Shown here: piece by piece, positions 50,805 to 63,608 of the stretch
Numbering within the stretch: position 1 is the stretch's first letter
Layout of the letters: every line of letters starts with the position of its first letter
Source: a virus
DNA: 64,000 nucleotides
IMG/VR virus record: IMGVR_UViG_3300046170_000371
Coordinates: 1-64,000 of that record
Direction: 5' to 3' (one strand)
The notes under the pieces: generated by a model
Seen by the model: only the letters and a program-made list of their open reading frames with translations
The model's database searches: none
Told to the model about the DNA's origin: nothing
Program-made: the position numbers and the translations under genes

Positions 50805-52300
50805 TCAAGCTACAGTCAAAGTCTGTACATAGAGTTGACCGAAGCAAAGCCCAGCACGCAGATTACGTGCTTCCATTTCTGCTTCAACAGTATTTACGTT
50901 ATCTACTTGAGTTTGTAGATTCGCGTCTGCTGCGGCAAATGCGGTATTTGTAGCAGTCAGGTTTGTATTAGTTGTGGCGAGGTTAGTCGTCAGTGTGTTG
51001 TCAGCAGCAATACGAGCTGCTTCTTCAGCAGAGACTGCGTTCTGACGTGCTGTTGTTTCAGCAGAAATAGCAGATGCTCGGGCAGTTGCTTCCGCTGTAA
51101 TCGCAGCAGTGCGTGCCGTGGTTTCTGCTAGGTCAGCAGCAATACGAGCATTCTCTTCAGCTGTAATTAAACCAGCATTAGTAGCAGCGGCGGCTGTAAC
51201 AGCAGCGGCAGTTGTTGGGTCAGCCTCAAGAGTATCGAGGCGTCCACTTAGAGCGGTATCAGCTGAACTCCGAGCAGTTGATTCAGTTGTGATTTGATTG
51301 GTCAGTGCTGTTGTGACACTGGTATCACCAGAAGCAAGTGCGTCTCCAATCTCTTTAAGAGTATCGAGGGCACTGTCAGCACCGTTTACCAGATTAGAAA
51401 TACTGGTGTCGGTGTAGGTGTTAGCAGAACTAAGAGTAGAAGCATCACCAGCAATACGAGCAGCAGTCTCAGCTGTAAGTGCTGTAGCTGTTGTGTCGTC
51501 AGCTTCGAGAACATCTAAGCGTCCACTAAGCGCAGCATCAGCAGCATCACTGTCAACTTCATTCTGATTAACATCTGCTTGAACAGCAGCAACAGCAGTA
51601 GCGTTTGTTGTATCAGCTTCAAGAGCATCAACTCGTGTGCTTAATGCGTTATCAGCTGACTGACGAGAAGATGCTTCGGATGCTACAGCAGATAAACGAG
51701 CGTTCTCTTCAGTAGCAAGGTCAGCAGCAACAGCAGCAATCGCTGTATTAGCAGCAGTCTCGTTAGCGTCTACATCAGCTTGAACTGTGGCAATCGCTGT
51801 ATTGGCAGCAGTCTCATTAGCATCAACATCTGCTTGTACTGCGGCAACAGAAGCATTAATTGTTGTAATAAAGTCAGCGTCATCACCAATTGCTTCTGCC
51901 AACTCATTAAGAGTATTAAGCAAGTCAGGTGAGCCGCCTAGCAGATTACTGATTGCGGTATCGGTGTAAGTATTAGCAGAGGCAAGGGTTGTACTATCGC
52001 CTGTTGCTAGTGTAGTTTCTACAGTCGTAATAGCAGAAGCACGGTTGCTCTCAGCAGGTAGCAATAGCAGCTTCAAGTGCTACACGGATTGCTTCACGCG
52101 CTGTCTCGTTAGAAGCTAGCAGCAACACTACGGCTACTAGTAGCGTTCGTCGAAAGTTCTACAAGGTGTCCACCAGGTGTTACACCATCGTGAATGCGAA
52201 GTGCTTTAAGTCCAGTGTCTACAGTGACCTCCCGCTCAGCGCCCACAAAGACTTGGGCTTCAGCAGTTGGGCCACCACGTAATTTAAGTTGGTCAGCCAT
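50805..52300 (-). CDS. Ala-rich coiled-coil tail fibre with Mtd-N-like N-terminus (indels near 52060-52140)
   Basis: QLKLRGG...GAEREVTVDT..LRIHDGVTPGG; LNTLNELA repeats. Confidence 0.7.
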
Positions 52301-52302
52301 AA

Positions 52303-52821
52303 TTAATTCAAGTCGTAAAGTGCGCTTTCAAGATTGAGGTCATAGAAACCATCGGCTGGTTCGTGACCGCCAAGGTCTAGGTTTGGACGATGTTCAATAA
52401 CAAACGTTGCCCAAGAACCAGTAGGTGCTGAAGAAAAACAAGCAACAGGTCCAGCGCCATACTCTTTATATGTAGGAGCTTGACTAGGACGTGTAGGAAA
52501 GATGTACTCAGCATCAACGGTTGTTGAGTTGTGTGCTGTCAGTGCCATACGTTTGACACCACGGTGGTAGTCAATACGGAAGGTGACGTTACCGTCGTAA
52601 TCACCACGGATTTCTACATCGGAACTAGCAGGGATGACAATATCAATGTCATCACAAGCACGGGTGATGTGCATTTTAAATACACGAATGTACTCAACGT
52701 TGTTTGCTTTCTTGTCCCACCACTTAGGGAATAGAAAAGTATCATCAAAGCCTACTTCATCAGAGGAGAACTCCGATGCTGTATCAGCTGAGTGAATACC
52801 TCTAACTTTTAATGTGGCCAT
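52303..52821 (-). CDS. Hypothetical protein
   Basis: ORF with TACAATAGA upstream. Confidence 0.55.
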   Translation of the reverse strand: MATLKVRGIHSADTASEFSSDEVGFDDTFLFPKWWDKKANNVEYIRVFKMHITRACDDIDIVIPASSDVEIRGDYDGNVTFRIDYHRGVKRMALTAHNSTTVDAEYIFPTRPSQAPTYKEYGAGPVACFSSAPTGSWATFVIEHRPNLDLGGHEPADGFYDLNLESALYDLN

Positions 52822-52868
52822 TCGTTCGTATTAGACCGTCAATTCTATTGTATCGTTTGCTATTTACT

Positions 52869-53712
52869 TCATCGTGTTTCTAACTGAAGCTGACCACCGT
52901 TGTTGAAATCATTCCAAGTGGTATTGCCCGCTAGTACCAGCGCTCGCTTGTTAGAAGAATAGGTATTAAAGTTATTAGTAGAAGTACCGAGGCTTAGCCG
53001 TAGACCAGTACAGCCAGCTTGGATGTAGTCCGTGGTTGTGCCATTTGCGCCCCGCCTTAATTGAAACTGGATTCGCAATCCTAAAAAGTGCCAATTATTT
53101 TTACAGATGTTGTCACGCTCAGAACTGGTTAAGCCGTATCCGAACATCACTTTACTGCTACCGCGCAAACCCTGCATATAAGTGTAATCACCAAACTTCT
53201 GTGTTACCTTTTTAATTCTGATGTAGCCGTTCGGGTCCCGATAGCGTATTGCTGCGTGCTCTACTCGTGAATAGCAGTCGCGAGTTGTTGTTGTGTCGTG
53301 CGAATTAAACAGAAACCAAAGCCCAGTGACTTCTCTTAGCCAACTGCTGCGAGCATTGTTGTTTACATAGGTTCCGTCTGTCTTGCCGCTTTCAGCTCCA
53401 ATATCAAACCACCGTGCAGTTTGTTTTCCATTCGTGCTGGTTTGCATCCAATAAGCAAGTCCTTTTTGACTAGTGCCTCCCCAAGTTTGATCCCAGTGAT
53501 CATGGGTGCCGTTAACCTGAGAAGCATTGTCACTACCAATTGCTGTTTCACCCCACCAGTCAACACCACCCGTGCTCTGTCGATAGTTGCCAACGTGTAT
53601 TTCGTTGTTGCAAGGAATCGAACCACCTATGCCCGTTTTTGACTTGATTGCCCCAGTCTCTCGTTTCGTATTTCATACCGTGAGGGTATGTAAGAATTTG
53701 TTTTTGTGCCAT
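52869..53712 (-). CDS. Hypothetical protein, possible receptor-binding tip (frameshifted)
   Basis: ATG 53712 overlaps the upstream TAA; joins ORF 52869-53447. Confidence 0.45.
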
Positions 53713-55154
53713 TATCCTTCAATGTAATAGTTACCATTTGATGATGTTATTTTAATCCCTGATTTACTTCCTGTGACGACTGTCGGTTTGTTGTAGATGT
53801 ATGCCTTAGAAGTCGTACTTGATTGATTCCAATCTGCGTTGGTTTGACTGGTTAGTGCGGTTTTCCACACTGTGGCTTCCATTACTATCTGTTCCTAAAA
53901 ACACATTGCCTGAATTGGTGTTATTAATAAAAATTTTACCTTTAAGGTTAAGTGCATTGGAACCGGCTAAAGTCAGTTTGCCTGTCATCTCATCACCAGT
54001 TTTCAATACGAAACCATCTGCTGTTCCGCCTTCTGGAGCCTTGAAGATTTTCAAGCGTGCTAGGTCACCTTCTGTTGCCTCACCAAAACCACTTACAGGT
54101 GAGACAGTAAATGTCACAGCTGTCTGTGATGGGTCGTCATTACCAGCAATACCTTCAATTAAATAAAGACCGTAGTCAGGATTGCCATCCTCAAAGAGCT
54201 GTAGCAACTGTCCATCTTCTACATCAGCATAAGTATGAGCAATACCTTCGTTGTCTACTTTAGATAACTGAACTATTGCGATATCAGGATCACCGTAATC
54301 TAAAGTTTTACCAGCAAGAGTGAGCAGCATGAACTCGCCATCTCTTGGAGCATTACTATATGTCGTTGAAGTAAACTGACCACGTTCAACACTAGGAGCA
54401 ATGGCATCAATCTCTTCTTCTAGTTCAACAGATTTCATTTTGAAGGAAGTTCAATCTCTGTACAGAGCTTACGTGTTTTTGAAAATGATGCGTATGAACC
54501 TACTGAAAAACCAGGTCCATCAGTAATGAAAAACGTAACCCACTTATTAGTCTCAGCAAGTTGCTCAATTTCGTAAGGTCCTTGGTCGTTGATGTAATAA
54601 CTATTACCGTTCTCGAAGAATCCAGGCTGAGGTGGTCTAGTCCAATACTTACGGCTACCACTGCCAAAATTATATGTAGCAATGACGTGACCATCTGTTT
54701 CTTCTACTGCGGCGTAGTCATTTACTACTTTAAAGAACTGAGCACATAGGAATTCACTTCTAGCATCAGCTTCTCCAGCAAGAATTCCGTCTTGGATATC
54801 GACGTACTCTTTGTTTGTAATATGCTTTTCATCAGTGTCTGATTTCTCAATCTCTTTTGGCAGGAGTACTCCCTTGAGTCCTGTGCTTTCAAACTGTACA
54901 TCGTCGTTCCAGCTGTACTCAGCAGGTTCCTCGCAGTCATCTACTGTGTCACCGTGACGAAGCAGGAAACGAGGGTCATCTGCTTCACATACAACAGTCC
55001 AGTAGCCACCGATTGATGTAGCAGTGTCTGGTGTTGAACCTTCAGGCAGCAGGATCTGCGTCCAGTAATACGATTTACCATTCTCTGGATTATCGTATAG
55101 CTCACCATCAGGAATGATAGGTGGCCTGTAATCAGTTGCCTGCGGGAAAGCCAT
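53712..55154 (-). CDS. Tail-fibre-like protein, paralogue 2 (frameshifted)
   Basis: ORFs 54435-55154 and 53806-54438; NKEYVD, LKTGDEMTG motifs. Confidence 0.6.
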
Positions 55155-55204
55155 TACTTATACTTCTATGCTTATATTTATTTTAAATGATTACTTCTTT
55201 TCTG

Positions 55205-57999
55205 TTAACTAACGTGGTATTGCAAGTAAAGCCTATTAAGTCTTACCCAAACATCACGATTAGTGGAACTGTAATAGTGAATACTAATTCCTTTAATTCC
55301 ATTAAGAGTACGTTCTGTTATGTTGTTTTTTGATACATCATTCCATTGGTCCATCCAATATCCGTAAGTATTTTCATCTAAGCCAATAACGTGATAGCCA
55401 CCTTCTGATTGTAGGAGTGAGTCTTCCTCATATGTTTGAATATCATTTAAGAAATCGTAAGGCATAAAAAGACCGTACACGCTATTTTGATTAGAAGTCA
55501 GACTACCAGAGGAGTCTAAGGTATACGCTTTATGTTTATCAGTAACTCCAGAACTACTTGAGACAGACTGCATATTACCTCTTGATACCGTGAAGCTTAC
55601 CGTGCCTAGTGCAGGCTCTTCTGAAAATACGCCATCAAGCAAAGACACATAAACCTGCGTGTCCCGACTAGTAGAAATGCTGTAACTACCTACAGCAGCT
55701 GCGCTATTGTCTAGAGCAACGCCTACTTCCCAACGGTCCATGTCGTAAGATGAATGTCCAATTTTCTTGACGTCGGTAACGTTATACATAAGTACTGAGT
55801 CAGAAGCGGAACTACCACTCTTTATGACCTGAATTCGTCCACGAGGTGCTAGAGCAACTCCATTAATAGCAAGTCTAAGTTGTTGAGTCAGGCTAGTAGC
55901 TCCAGCACAATTATTATTAGTTGGAGTACTTGTCGTATAGTCAAGAAGGACCTTGTGATTGTGAACTATATCCATACTTCCGCCAGCAGTTTTTTCTAGT
56001 TCTTCAATTCTAGCTAGTAATGCTGTAATTTTATCATCAACATCATCAACATATCCTTTAGTAACTAGGTTCTTAGGTTCTGTGATAGCACCATAGTATA
56101 GAACTTGGCTTGTATTACCATCATTTACATTTGATCTTGTCCATTTAAGTGCGGCTTCAGCAGAACTCCCATATCCAGTATAAAGATTACCACCCGTTTC
56201 ATTCCAACTTATTCGGAGTCTATTAGGTCCCCATTCCATGGTGGCACCATAAATATTATTATCTAGATTAATGCGGGGGTAAGCATCACTGTCATCAGAT
56301 GGCTTATAGCCCTGAAGGATTGGAACCCGAAGCGTACCAGACATTTTATCACCAGACTTCAACACAAAGCCATCAGCTGTTCCACCAGATGGTGGGCTAA
56401 AGATTTTAAACCGTGCTTTAGCTTCTGCCGTATCCCCAACTCCTGTACGAACAAGTTTTACGTCAATAGACCAATAGTTATATGCAGGTGTGCTGTTGAC
56501 CCCTCCTCCTGACTTTGCTTCAGCTTTAATAATTTCATATAAACCATAGTCACTATCTCCTGATTCAAATACTTCTAATAGTTGTCCTGGCTCTACGTTG
56601 GCAAAACTATGAATAGTACCATCCTAGAATCTCTCTCATTAAGCACGATGTTTTCTACTGCAGCAAAGATATTTGCAGGGTCTCCTAAACCAGCATCAAA
56701 CGTATCTGTATTCATAGAATATGAACCACGTACTGATGCTACGCCAGTGTTGGTATAAGACCATTCACCACGTTCTACTGAAGGAGCAATGGCATCAATC
56801 TCTTCCTCTAGTTCAATGATTTCCTGCTGAAGAAATTCATCACGTTCATCAACATACTTTTTGTTGACAGCAACATCATCATCAGCTGTCTCAAAATCAG
56901 GTGTAGCGATACCTTTAATCCTTACTTTTCCTTCATCTCCAGGTGCAACCTTATCTTGGTTGCCAGGGAATCCACTGCCCAAAGTAACAGCAGGACCAGT
57001 GCCACCTGTAACAGTAACCATGTCACCATTACGATTACCAACCACGAATCGGTTTCTATGAGTATTGCCGTCGTCAATCTCTACACGAATACCAAATGGT
57101 CCTGAGGTGTCACTACCATAAGTTCCATCAGACCTGAGAATTCTAGGTGGCAGACTTTCAATATGGCTGAACCTATCAATAGAATCATCCCATTTCTCCT
57201 TACCACTAGAATCTAGTACAGGATCACCGTTGCTATCTTTAAGAGACTCACCTGAAACCATGAAATCAAGCTCAGCATTTTCCATAACCAGCGTACCGGT
57301 CATAGTATCGCCAGTCTTCTTTAGATAAAGGTCGCTCTTACTAATGCGATAGTGAACGATGTCGCCTTCGGTGTAGATAACACTTCTATTAAAGTCCACA
57401 TCAACGTCGTATCTTGTGCTATCCCCTTCACTAATTACCGCAGTTACTTTAAGCTCTCCATACAAAGTGTTACTCGCACCTTCTTTTTGATTTTCAGGAG
57501 TTAGTTGAATACTATCGCCTTCAATTGCTCGTTCCAGAAATCTATCATTTAAATCAAGAATAGCAAATCTAACAGTTTTCACATCAGGTGATAGATATGA
57601 ATCATCACCTGCGTCGTAAGCATTGGTTAGAATCGTTGCTGTACCATTTTCACCACTAAAATCATCTGGTGCTACAAGCTTATAGCTATTAACGAATGGG
57701 AAATATAAATCTTTTTCTTCTTCCTCTTCTTCGCTGCCTCCACCGCAGCTGCTACCTACTTCAAACCACTGTGTGCCGTCCCAAGCGTATTCAACTAGCG
57801 ATTCCTCGTGAATCCACAAGTCACCTTTCTGCGGTCCTTCTGGTGGAAGCAGGCTGATTGTTACTGGAGGGTTTGGTGCTTCTGCTGGTCCGCCAGTTAG
57901 TACCCATTTACCTGGGTCTGCTCTCCATTGATACTGAGCACCTGTTACTGGATTAGTAGCAGTTGTTGATACAGCTGGATCTGGAAAGTTAAAGGCCAT
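55205..57999 (-). CDS. Tail-fibre-like protein, paralogue 1 (indel near 56625)
   Basis: ORFs 56593-57999 and 55205-56365; LKKTGDTMTG, NKKYVD, LKSGDKMSG motifs. Confidence 0.65.
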
Positions 58000-58000
58000 T

Positions 58001-59824
58001 TTAAACGCTCGCTAGTGCCATCAAAAGTGATAATTTAAGTTCATCAAAATCAGATGATAATGAAATGCTTTGACGCAACTCTTCAAATACTGATTGATAC
58101 TTAACAAGTCTATCTCTTACATCTATTTTATTATGTAAAGTTCGTCCATCGCTACTGTTCTCACCAAAGTCTGCTAGCACTATATTCTTAACTGCTGCTC
58201 CACTACGGTCAATAGAGAATACTTTGTCTGTGTCATCATAAACCCAGCAGAAGTCTTCATTACCTTTAAATGTAAACGCTACCTCACCCTCAGTATCTGT
58301 AGTTCCAAAACTAATAGTATTGTCGCTGTTGTCTGAAGGTTTAATTGTTATAGCATTACGCGCATCGCTAGCTTGTCGGGTGAAGTCTAATGCTCCTAAG
58401 GAAACATCTGCTTTCTGCATTTGGAATCGACCGTTAAGAACTCCACCTGTTTTAGGAATTAACCTATTGTTGATTTGATCTATCTTTGTATCAACTAATT
58501 GTTCTGTGATTAAGTTTGAAATATCTGGGATTGAACTTACAACTTCAGCTAATTGCTCTAATGTGACTTTACTATTAATGCTGGCAATCAGACTAGTATC
58601 AACTGCACCTAAGCTATTTTGTAGTTCAAGTAGTTCTAGTTCTAAGTCACTCTTAAAGTTATTAATCTTCTGCTCTAGTGCTTCCCTGGCTGATGATAAA
58701 TCAACAGTAGTGCTGTAAGAACTTAAATCTGGATCTGATACAACAACTCCTGAGACAGCTTCACTAATTGCTTGACGTAAGGTGCTTCTCTAATGTATAT
58801 ACAGCACCTGAGACTGATGTAATTTCAGACTGTAGTGATGTTTTTGCTTGTTGAATAGCTGATGCTCGTTCAGCAGTTTCAGTTGCGATTTGATTTTCTA
58901 TATTAGCAATCTGCGTGTCATACTGATATGAAACACTTGTCGGTACCCACTGACTGCTATCACCGTCTGAGTACCAGACACTTAGCTCAAGAGCATTGGT
59001 GTCATACCACATGCTGCCTGGTTGTAGCTCTTCTTCTGGTGGTGGATTAGGACCGAAGTTAATAGTGTTGTATTCAGTTGCTTCTCCAACACGCAGCAGC
59101 GCCCACAGCAGCCACTCGTTGAAATCCGATTGTACGTTCTGTTCGTTTAAATCTAACGGAGGTAGAACTGATGGGAAGTTGTCTGATGTCGGAAAATCAT
59201 CAGGCAGAATCCGTGCTCCACGTCCACCACCTGCTGTCAGTCTTCCTTTAAAAGCTAGCGGCAAAGTAGCAGTTGTTTGTGCTACATCTTCAGCACCCTT
59301 TACTGCTTCCCATACTCCAGCATCAGTCCATACATACAAGATGTTGTTGTATGTGTCATACCAAGTAGAACCAATGACTGGTTGCTGCTGCGGAACACTG
59401 TCGCCTACATATGCCAGTCCGTCACCACCGTTGGTCTGCCAGTACTGACCATCGATTGATACGAACAGACGTCCTTGTCTAGTATCAAACCATAGATTTC
59501 CATCGTCTAGGTAGTTCAGTCCAATTACCATCGATTGACCCGTCAAGGCTAATAATAATTTCCCAACCCGGTGGGTATGGTCCAATATCAATATTATTAC
59601 CAGCATTTAAACAGTCTGCTAAGTCTTCAATAGCAGCAATGATGCCAGCAAAGTTATGAGGATACGCTTTGCTTACACCACAACTAGTGACTAGCTAGTA
59701 CGTCTTTGACTGCCGCGACAATTCCACCGTAGCTTTCACGCTGCTGTAGACCTAATTTATAGTATTCGCCAGGCTGAGGTTTCCAAGTCTGAAAGCCTTC
59801 AGCATCATAAGTAGGAGTATCCAC
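58001..59824 (-). CDS. Tail-fibre-like protein (frameshifted)
   Basis: G.LWFDT / GSTWYDT / GSMWYDT repeats plus coiled coil; ORFs 58764-59606 and 58001-58420. Confidence 0.55.
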
Positions 59825-59859
59825 ACTAATTACAGCTTAACTTTCTACTATTGTATCCT

Positions 59860-61647
59860 CTAGAAGTTACTGTTTAATATGACATATGCGGTTTCTACTT
59901 CATCTAGGTTGAGACCCTGAGCTAATGCAAAGATGATTTCAATCGTTGTGATGCCTCCACGTTTGTATGAAGCACCAAACTCTGCAGCTACTTCTTCGAT
60001 TTCTTTAACAAGCTTTTCTTCAAAGGCTATTCTTGCATCTACAGTTGGATAGCTATTAGGCTCTTTTACTTTTAACTTGTCAATAAACATAGCAGCAATA
60101 CTATGCTTACACATTTTAAATCCCATCTTATGCTCTCTGCTTTCCCAGCTTTCCATTAAGCCAGCAGCAGAGTTTGTACCAATCGCATTGAAGTCACCTT
60201 TTACCCAGTACAGTCGGCAGTGGATATCGTCTTTGCCTGTTGATTTTACGCGTTCCATCGTCCTGTGTTTCTTGTGGTGCACGCAAGATTGCATGCGAAT
60301 GATTTGGACAACTACAGGTATATGTTGTAGCAGGGCGTAACGTATTGCCTGTTGTAAAGACTTCATCCATCCATGGGTCTACATCAGTATCTAAGTTCAT
60401 CCATGGTGAGTCTCCTGGCTTACCGAGTGCGTGATAGTAGTTACCGTCATACTCATCAATGCTTAGCTTTGTGAAACTATAGTCTGTAAATACAAGTGTT
60501 GAATCACCATCAGGTGGTGAGTACATCTTTAGTTCAGATGTGAAAGGGTACTGATGTGAACTCTAGTCTTGAGCCATCTACTTGGACACCAAGTATCTTG
60601 AATGGCAAGATGCTATAGGAAGCTAGGCTAACCTCAGTTGATACCAAATCACCTGTTAAATACTGCTTGCCAAAATACTTTTGATACAAGTCTTTCTGAA
60701 AAATATGTAAACCGCTGACTGTGTATGAAGCATCGTCCGATGTAAATATAGATGGCAATGATGTAATGTCATATAGCGTTGGTGGTAGAACCTCACTCTC
60801 AGGGGTCTAGAACCTCAATCTCTACATTGCTTACTTTATCTAATGAGCGTACTCCAAAGTAATAGGGAGCATCAATAAACTCAAAGTCTATAAAGGACGA
60901 TATAGGTTTCTCTACAAAAAAGTTTTTAATCCATACAATCTTTCCTACCAAGTCTTGCGGATTCTCAAACTCTTGGTTCAGCAAGATGGTTGATGTATCT
61001 ATACTTACTTTGACTTCTGTTGGCTCTTCAAACGTTTTACCTATATACAACGCAGGGTGCTCTTTCTCGTTAAGTACATAGTTCAGTGTTGCTTCAGTCT
61101 CACCATCTGTAATGCGTTCACCAATCATCTGCAGTAGTAAACGAGCGTCTGCACCTGGATTGCCTTTTACTCTTAGTTCTCTATTTGCTTTGTACTCTGG
61201 ATACTTGAGATCATCGTTGTAGACACCTGTGATTGTCCCTAGGTCTGGAGAGCTAACAGGCGTACGCTTCATCACATAATGATTACTACTATCTGCATTC
61301 TTTGTTGCAAACTTATAACCATCAAATACTACATCAACTTCGTACGGCGTACCTTGATATAGTTTGGATTGGATTTGCGAGTCTTTATATTCGCCAGAAA
61401 AATCGTCCACATCTTGCAGGCGGTACCAAGCAGCTTGGTTGTAATACTCATAACCTTTACGCCATTTAGTCCAGTTACTATCTAAATTATATTTCTCAAT
61501 AACTGAACGCTGTACGCTACTACCAAACCGCCGGTCACTTGGGTAGTAACCAGCTGCTCCTTTACTCTTGCCAATATCAGTTCGTGTGTTTACTCCTTTA
61601 AAAGCAAGCGACCTTGGATTACCAAAGCCGTTCTGCTTTCTCGGCAT
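59860..61647 (-). CDS. Protein with SWIM-like zinc finger (frameshifted)
   Basis: YTCSCPNH ... MCKHSIA across fragments 60799, 60534, 60194, 59860. Confidence 0.45.
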
Positions 61648-62114
61648 TAGTACCAGCCGCCTTGGCAACCAAGGATTGGCGCATCTGTAATGTTAGCTGT
61701 AGAGTCACGTGCTACCCAAAGTGCTTTGCCTTTAGGAATATATAAAGCACGGCTATAAGGATCACTGCCTACTTGAGGAACTGGAGCCAGGATACGAGGC
61801 ATGTCTTCCCAGTGGACTACATTGCCAATAGTTGTTGCTGAAACTACCTTACCAATAAAGGCTGCTTGGTTAGGACGCAGATAGTCATTTGCACTACTGA
61901 GGTACAAGTTGACTGTATGTGCTGAATTGCCCCTAGCAATTGCATAGATATCTTCAATGATTGCTCCATCGGCTGAGGTCGAATCAACAATCAAAGCAGC
62001 AGTGTTGGTACCAGTAATGTCTAGTCCACTGTTTGTTGCAGTATCTAGATTGACTGCATAGTGCAGTACGTGGTCAACCAATAGTGGTTGCTTATTAGTA
62101 GCTGTAGCGGCCAT
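61647..62114 (-). CDS. Putative virion structural protein
   Basis: ORF ending QGGWY. Confidence 0.55.
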   Translation of the reverse strand: MAATATNKQPLLVDHVLHYAVNLDTATNSGLDITGTNTAALIVDSTSADGAIIEDIYAIARGNSAHTVNLYLSSANDYLRPNQAAFIGKVVSATTIGNVVHWEDMPRILAPVPQVGSDPYSRALYIPKGKALWVARDSTANITDAPILGCQGGWY

Positions 62115-62659
62115 TACTTTTTACCTTTCTTTTTATTAATTTTAATCGGTGTTGAACCTGGAGGTTGGACACCATCAAGGTTTGCAAAGCCTTGAAGACC
62201 AAGAGTGCGATCGGTCTGCTCTGAGAGCATCATGCCGTTGTCTCCAGGCAGGGGTGTACCAGCACCAACCATTCCCATGAACTCATTTGACATGAGTCCA
62301 CGATTGCGTGCATCTTCACTCAGACGTACACCTTCCATAGGCTCTTGTGCAGCTCCTGAAGGCTGAGGCTGTGTGCCATATGCGATTGGTCCTTGATAAC
62401 CAGTACCACGCACATGGTTCTGCTGTTGACCAGAGTTTGCACTCGGTCCAATCAATCCCATGCGTCTATCCATTTCAACACCACTATCTCCATATGGATA
62501 CTGGTTAACACCGTCCATGCTTCCCAATTGTGGTGACATGTTTGTCACGTTCATTGGATTGTTCATCATCGGACCACCAGGCATGTATGACATATCCTTG
62601 GCAATCTTGAACCTATCTGGGTCCAGCATCCGTGCATTTGATTCTCTTTTATCCATCAC
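62114..62659 (-). CDS. Met/Gly-rich disordered hypothetical protein
   Basis: ORF track. Confidence 0.5.
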   Translation of the reverse strand: MMDKRESNARMLDPDRFKIAKDMSYMPGGPMMNNPMNVTNMSPQLGSMDGVNQYPYGDSGVEMDRRMGLIGPSANSGQQQNHVRGTGYQGPIAYGTQPQPSGAAQEPMEGVRLSEDARNRGLMSNEFMGMVGAGTPLPGDNGMMLSEQTDRTLGLQGFANLDGVQPPGSTPIKINKKKGKK

Positions 62660-63075
62660 ATACCTCGGTTGTTAGAGTTCAAGTTTTGCTCAGCATTACC
62701 TGCAGCTTTCGCATACATCTGCATGCGACGGTCTAGAGCATCAGTTTCAAAAGCTTCTGGGTCTTGCTCAGGCTTTTCAGTTGCTGATACTTGATTATCT
62801 ACAGACCCAGTCTGATTAGCGTAGTCTTCCATAGGTGCATTGGAAGGTGCATCCTGTTGACTAAAGTTACTGTTCTTTCCTTGGATCATTTCCGCAGGCA
62901 TGATGTTCACGTTGCCATACTGATTACGTGATTGAGCAATTGCTCCACCTACACCTTCTTCCATGACAGCATCAATGCCTTGTACAAACGGGTTAGACCC
63001 TGATTGACGCTGTGCATTTTGAGCATCGATTGCATCTTGACGCTTATCACGACCCATCGTGATTTTCTGAGTCAT
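62656..63075 (-). CDS. Gln/Asn-rich hypothetical protein
   Basis: ORF with TAGAATAGG upstream. Confidence 0.5.
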   Translation of the reverse strand: MTQKITMGRDKRQDAIDAQNAQRQSGSNPFVQGIDAVMEEGVGGAIAQSRNQYGNVNIMPAEMIQGKNSNFSQQDAPSNAPMEDYANQTGSVDNQVSATEKPEQDPEAFETDALDRRMQMYAKAAGNAEQNLNSNNRGM

Positions 63076-63110
63076 AACTATTTAGTAAATATCCTATGCC
63101 TATTCTACAC

Positions 63111-63608
63111 TTAACGCCACATTGTGCTGAGTGCCATTCGTGAGCCTACTGCTGTATCTGCAGGTCCAGGGACGGCCAGAATAAATTCAGAACCCGCACG
63201 TTCAAACGCATAACGACGTACCTCTGGACGACGATAATTAGGCACATACAAAGTCTCAGCCAATCTATCCACCTCGCGAAGGTAGATTTCACGGAAGTAC
63301 TCATCTCCTTTCAGTGGGTCAGATGTATTAATTGTTCGTTGAACGTCACCAGCAATCACTTCTTGCCGAGACGGGTTCAAGATACGACTGCCGTCTGGGT
63401 CAAAGTAATCGTCTGGAATTGCAGCACTTGCTTTCCAAGCAATGTCACAGCGTTTGATGTGATAAACAATCTCGTTATACCAAAGTTCATCTGGCACTAG
63501 AGCCATTGCTTCTTCTACACGAGCTCTGTCACCTGCAGGAATCTGTGCACCGGAATTAATTCCTAAGTGATATCTAACTTTTGATTTAAGATGCTCGTCT
63601 AATTCCAT
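63111..63608 (-). CDS. Hypothetical protein, possible head-tail adaptor
   Basis: KSKVRYHLG N-terminal pattern; late region. Confidence 0.45.
   Translation of the reverse strand: MELDEHLKSKVRYHLGINSGAQIPAGDRARVEEAMALVPDELWYNEIVYHIKRCDIAWKASAAIPDDYFDPDGSRILNPSRQEVIAGDVQRTINTSDPLKGDEYFREIYLREVDRLAETLYVPNYRRPEVRRYAFERAGSEFILAVPGPADTAVGSRMALSTMWR

Noticed and set aside
53612-53628. Second T-loop-like string (minus strand GGTGGTTCGATTCCTT)
   Set aside because: Poor stem, no acceptor strand, lies within a coding region
39218-59824. Diversity-generating retroelement acting on fibre genes
   Set aside because: No reverse transcriptase in the window, and repeat pairs differ at synonymous positions rather than specifically at adenines
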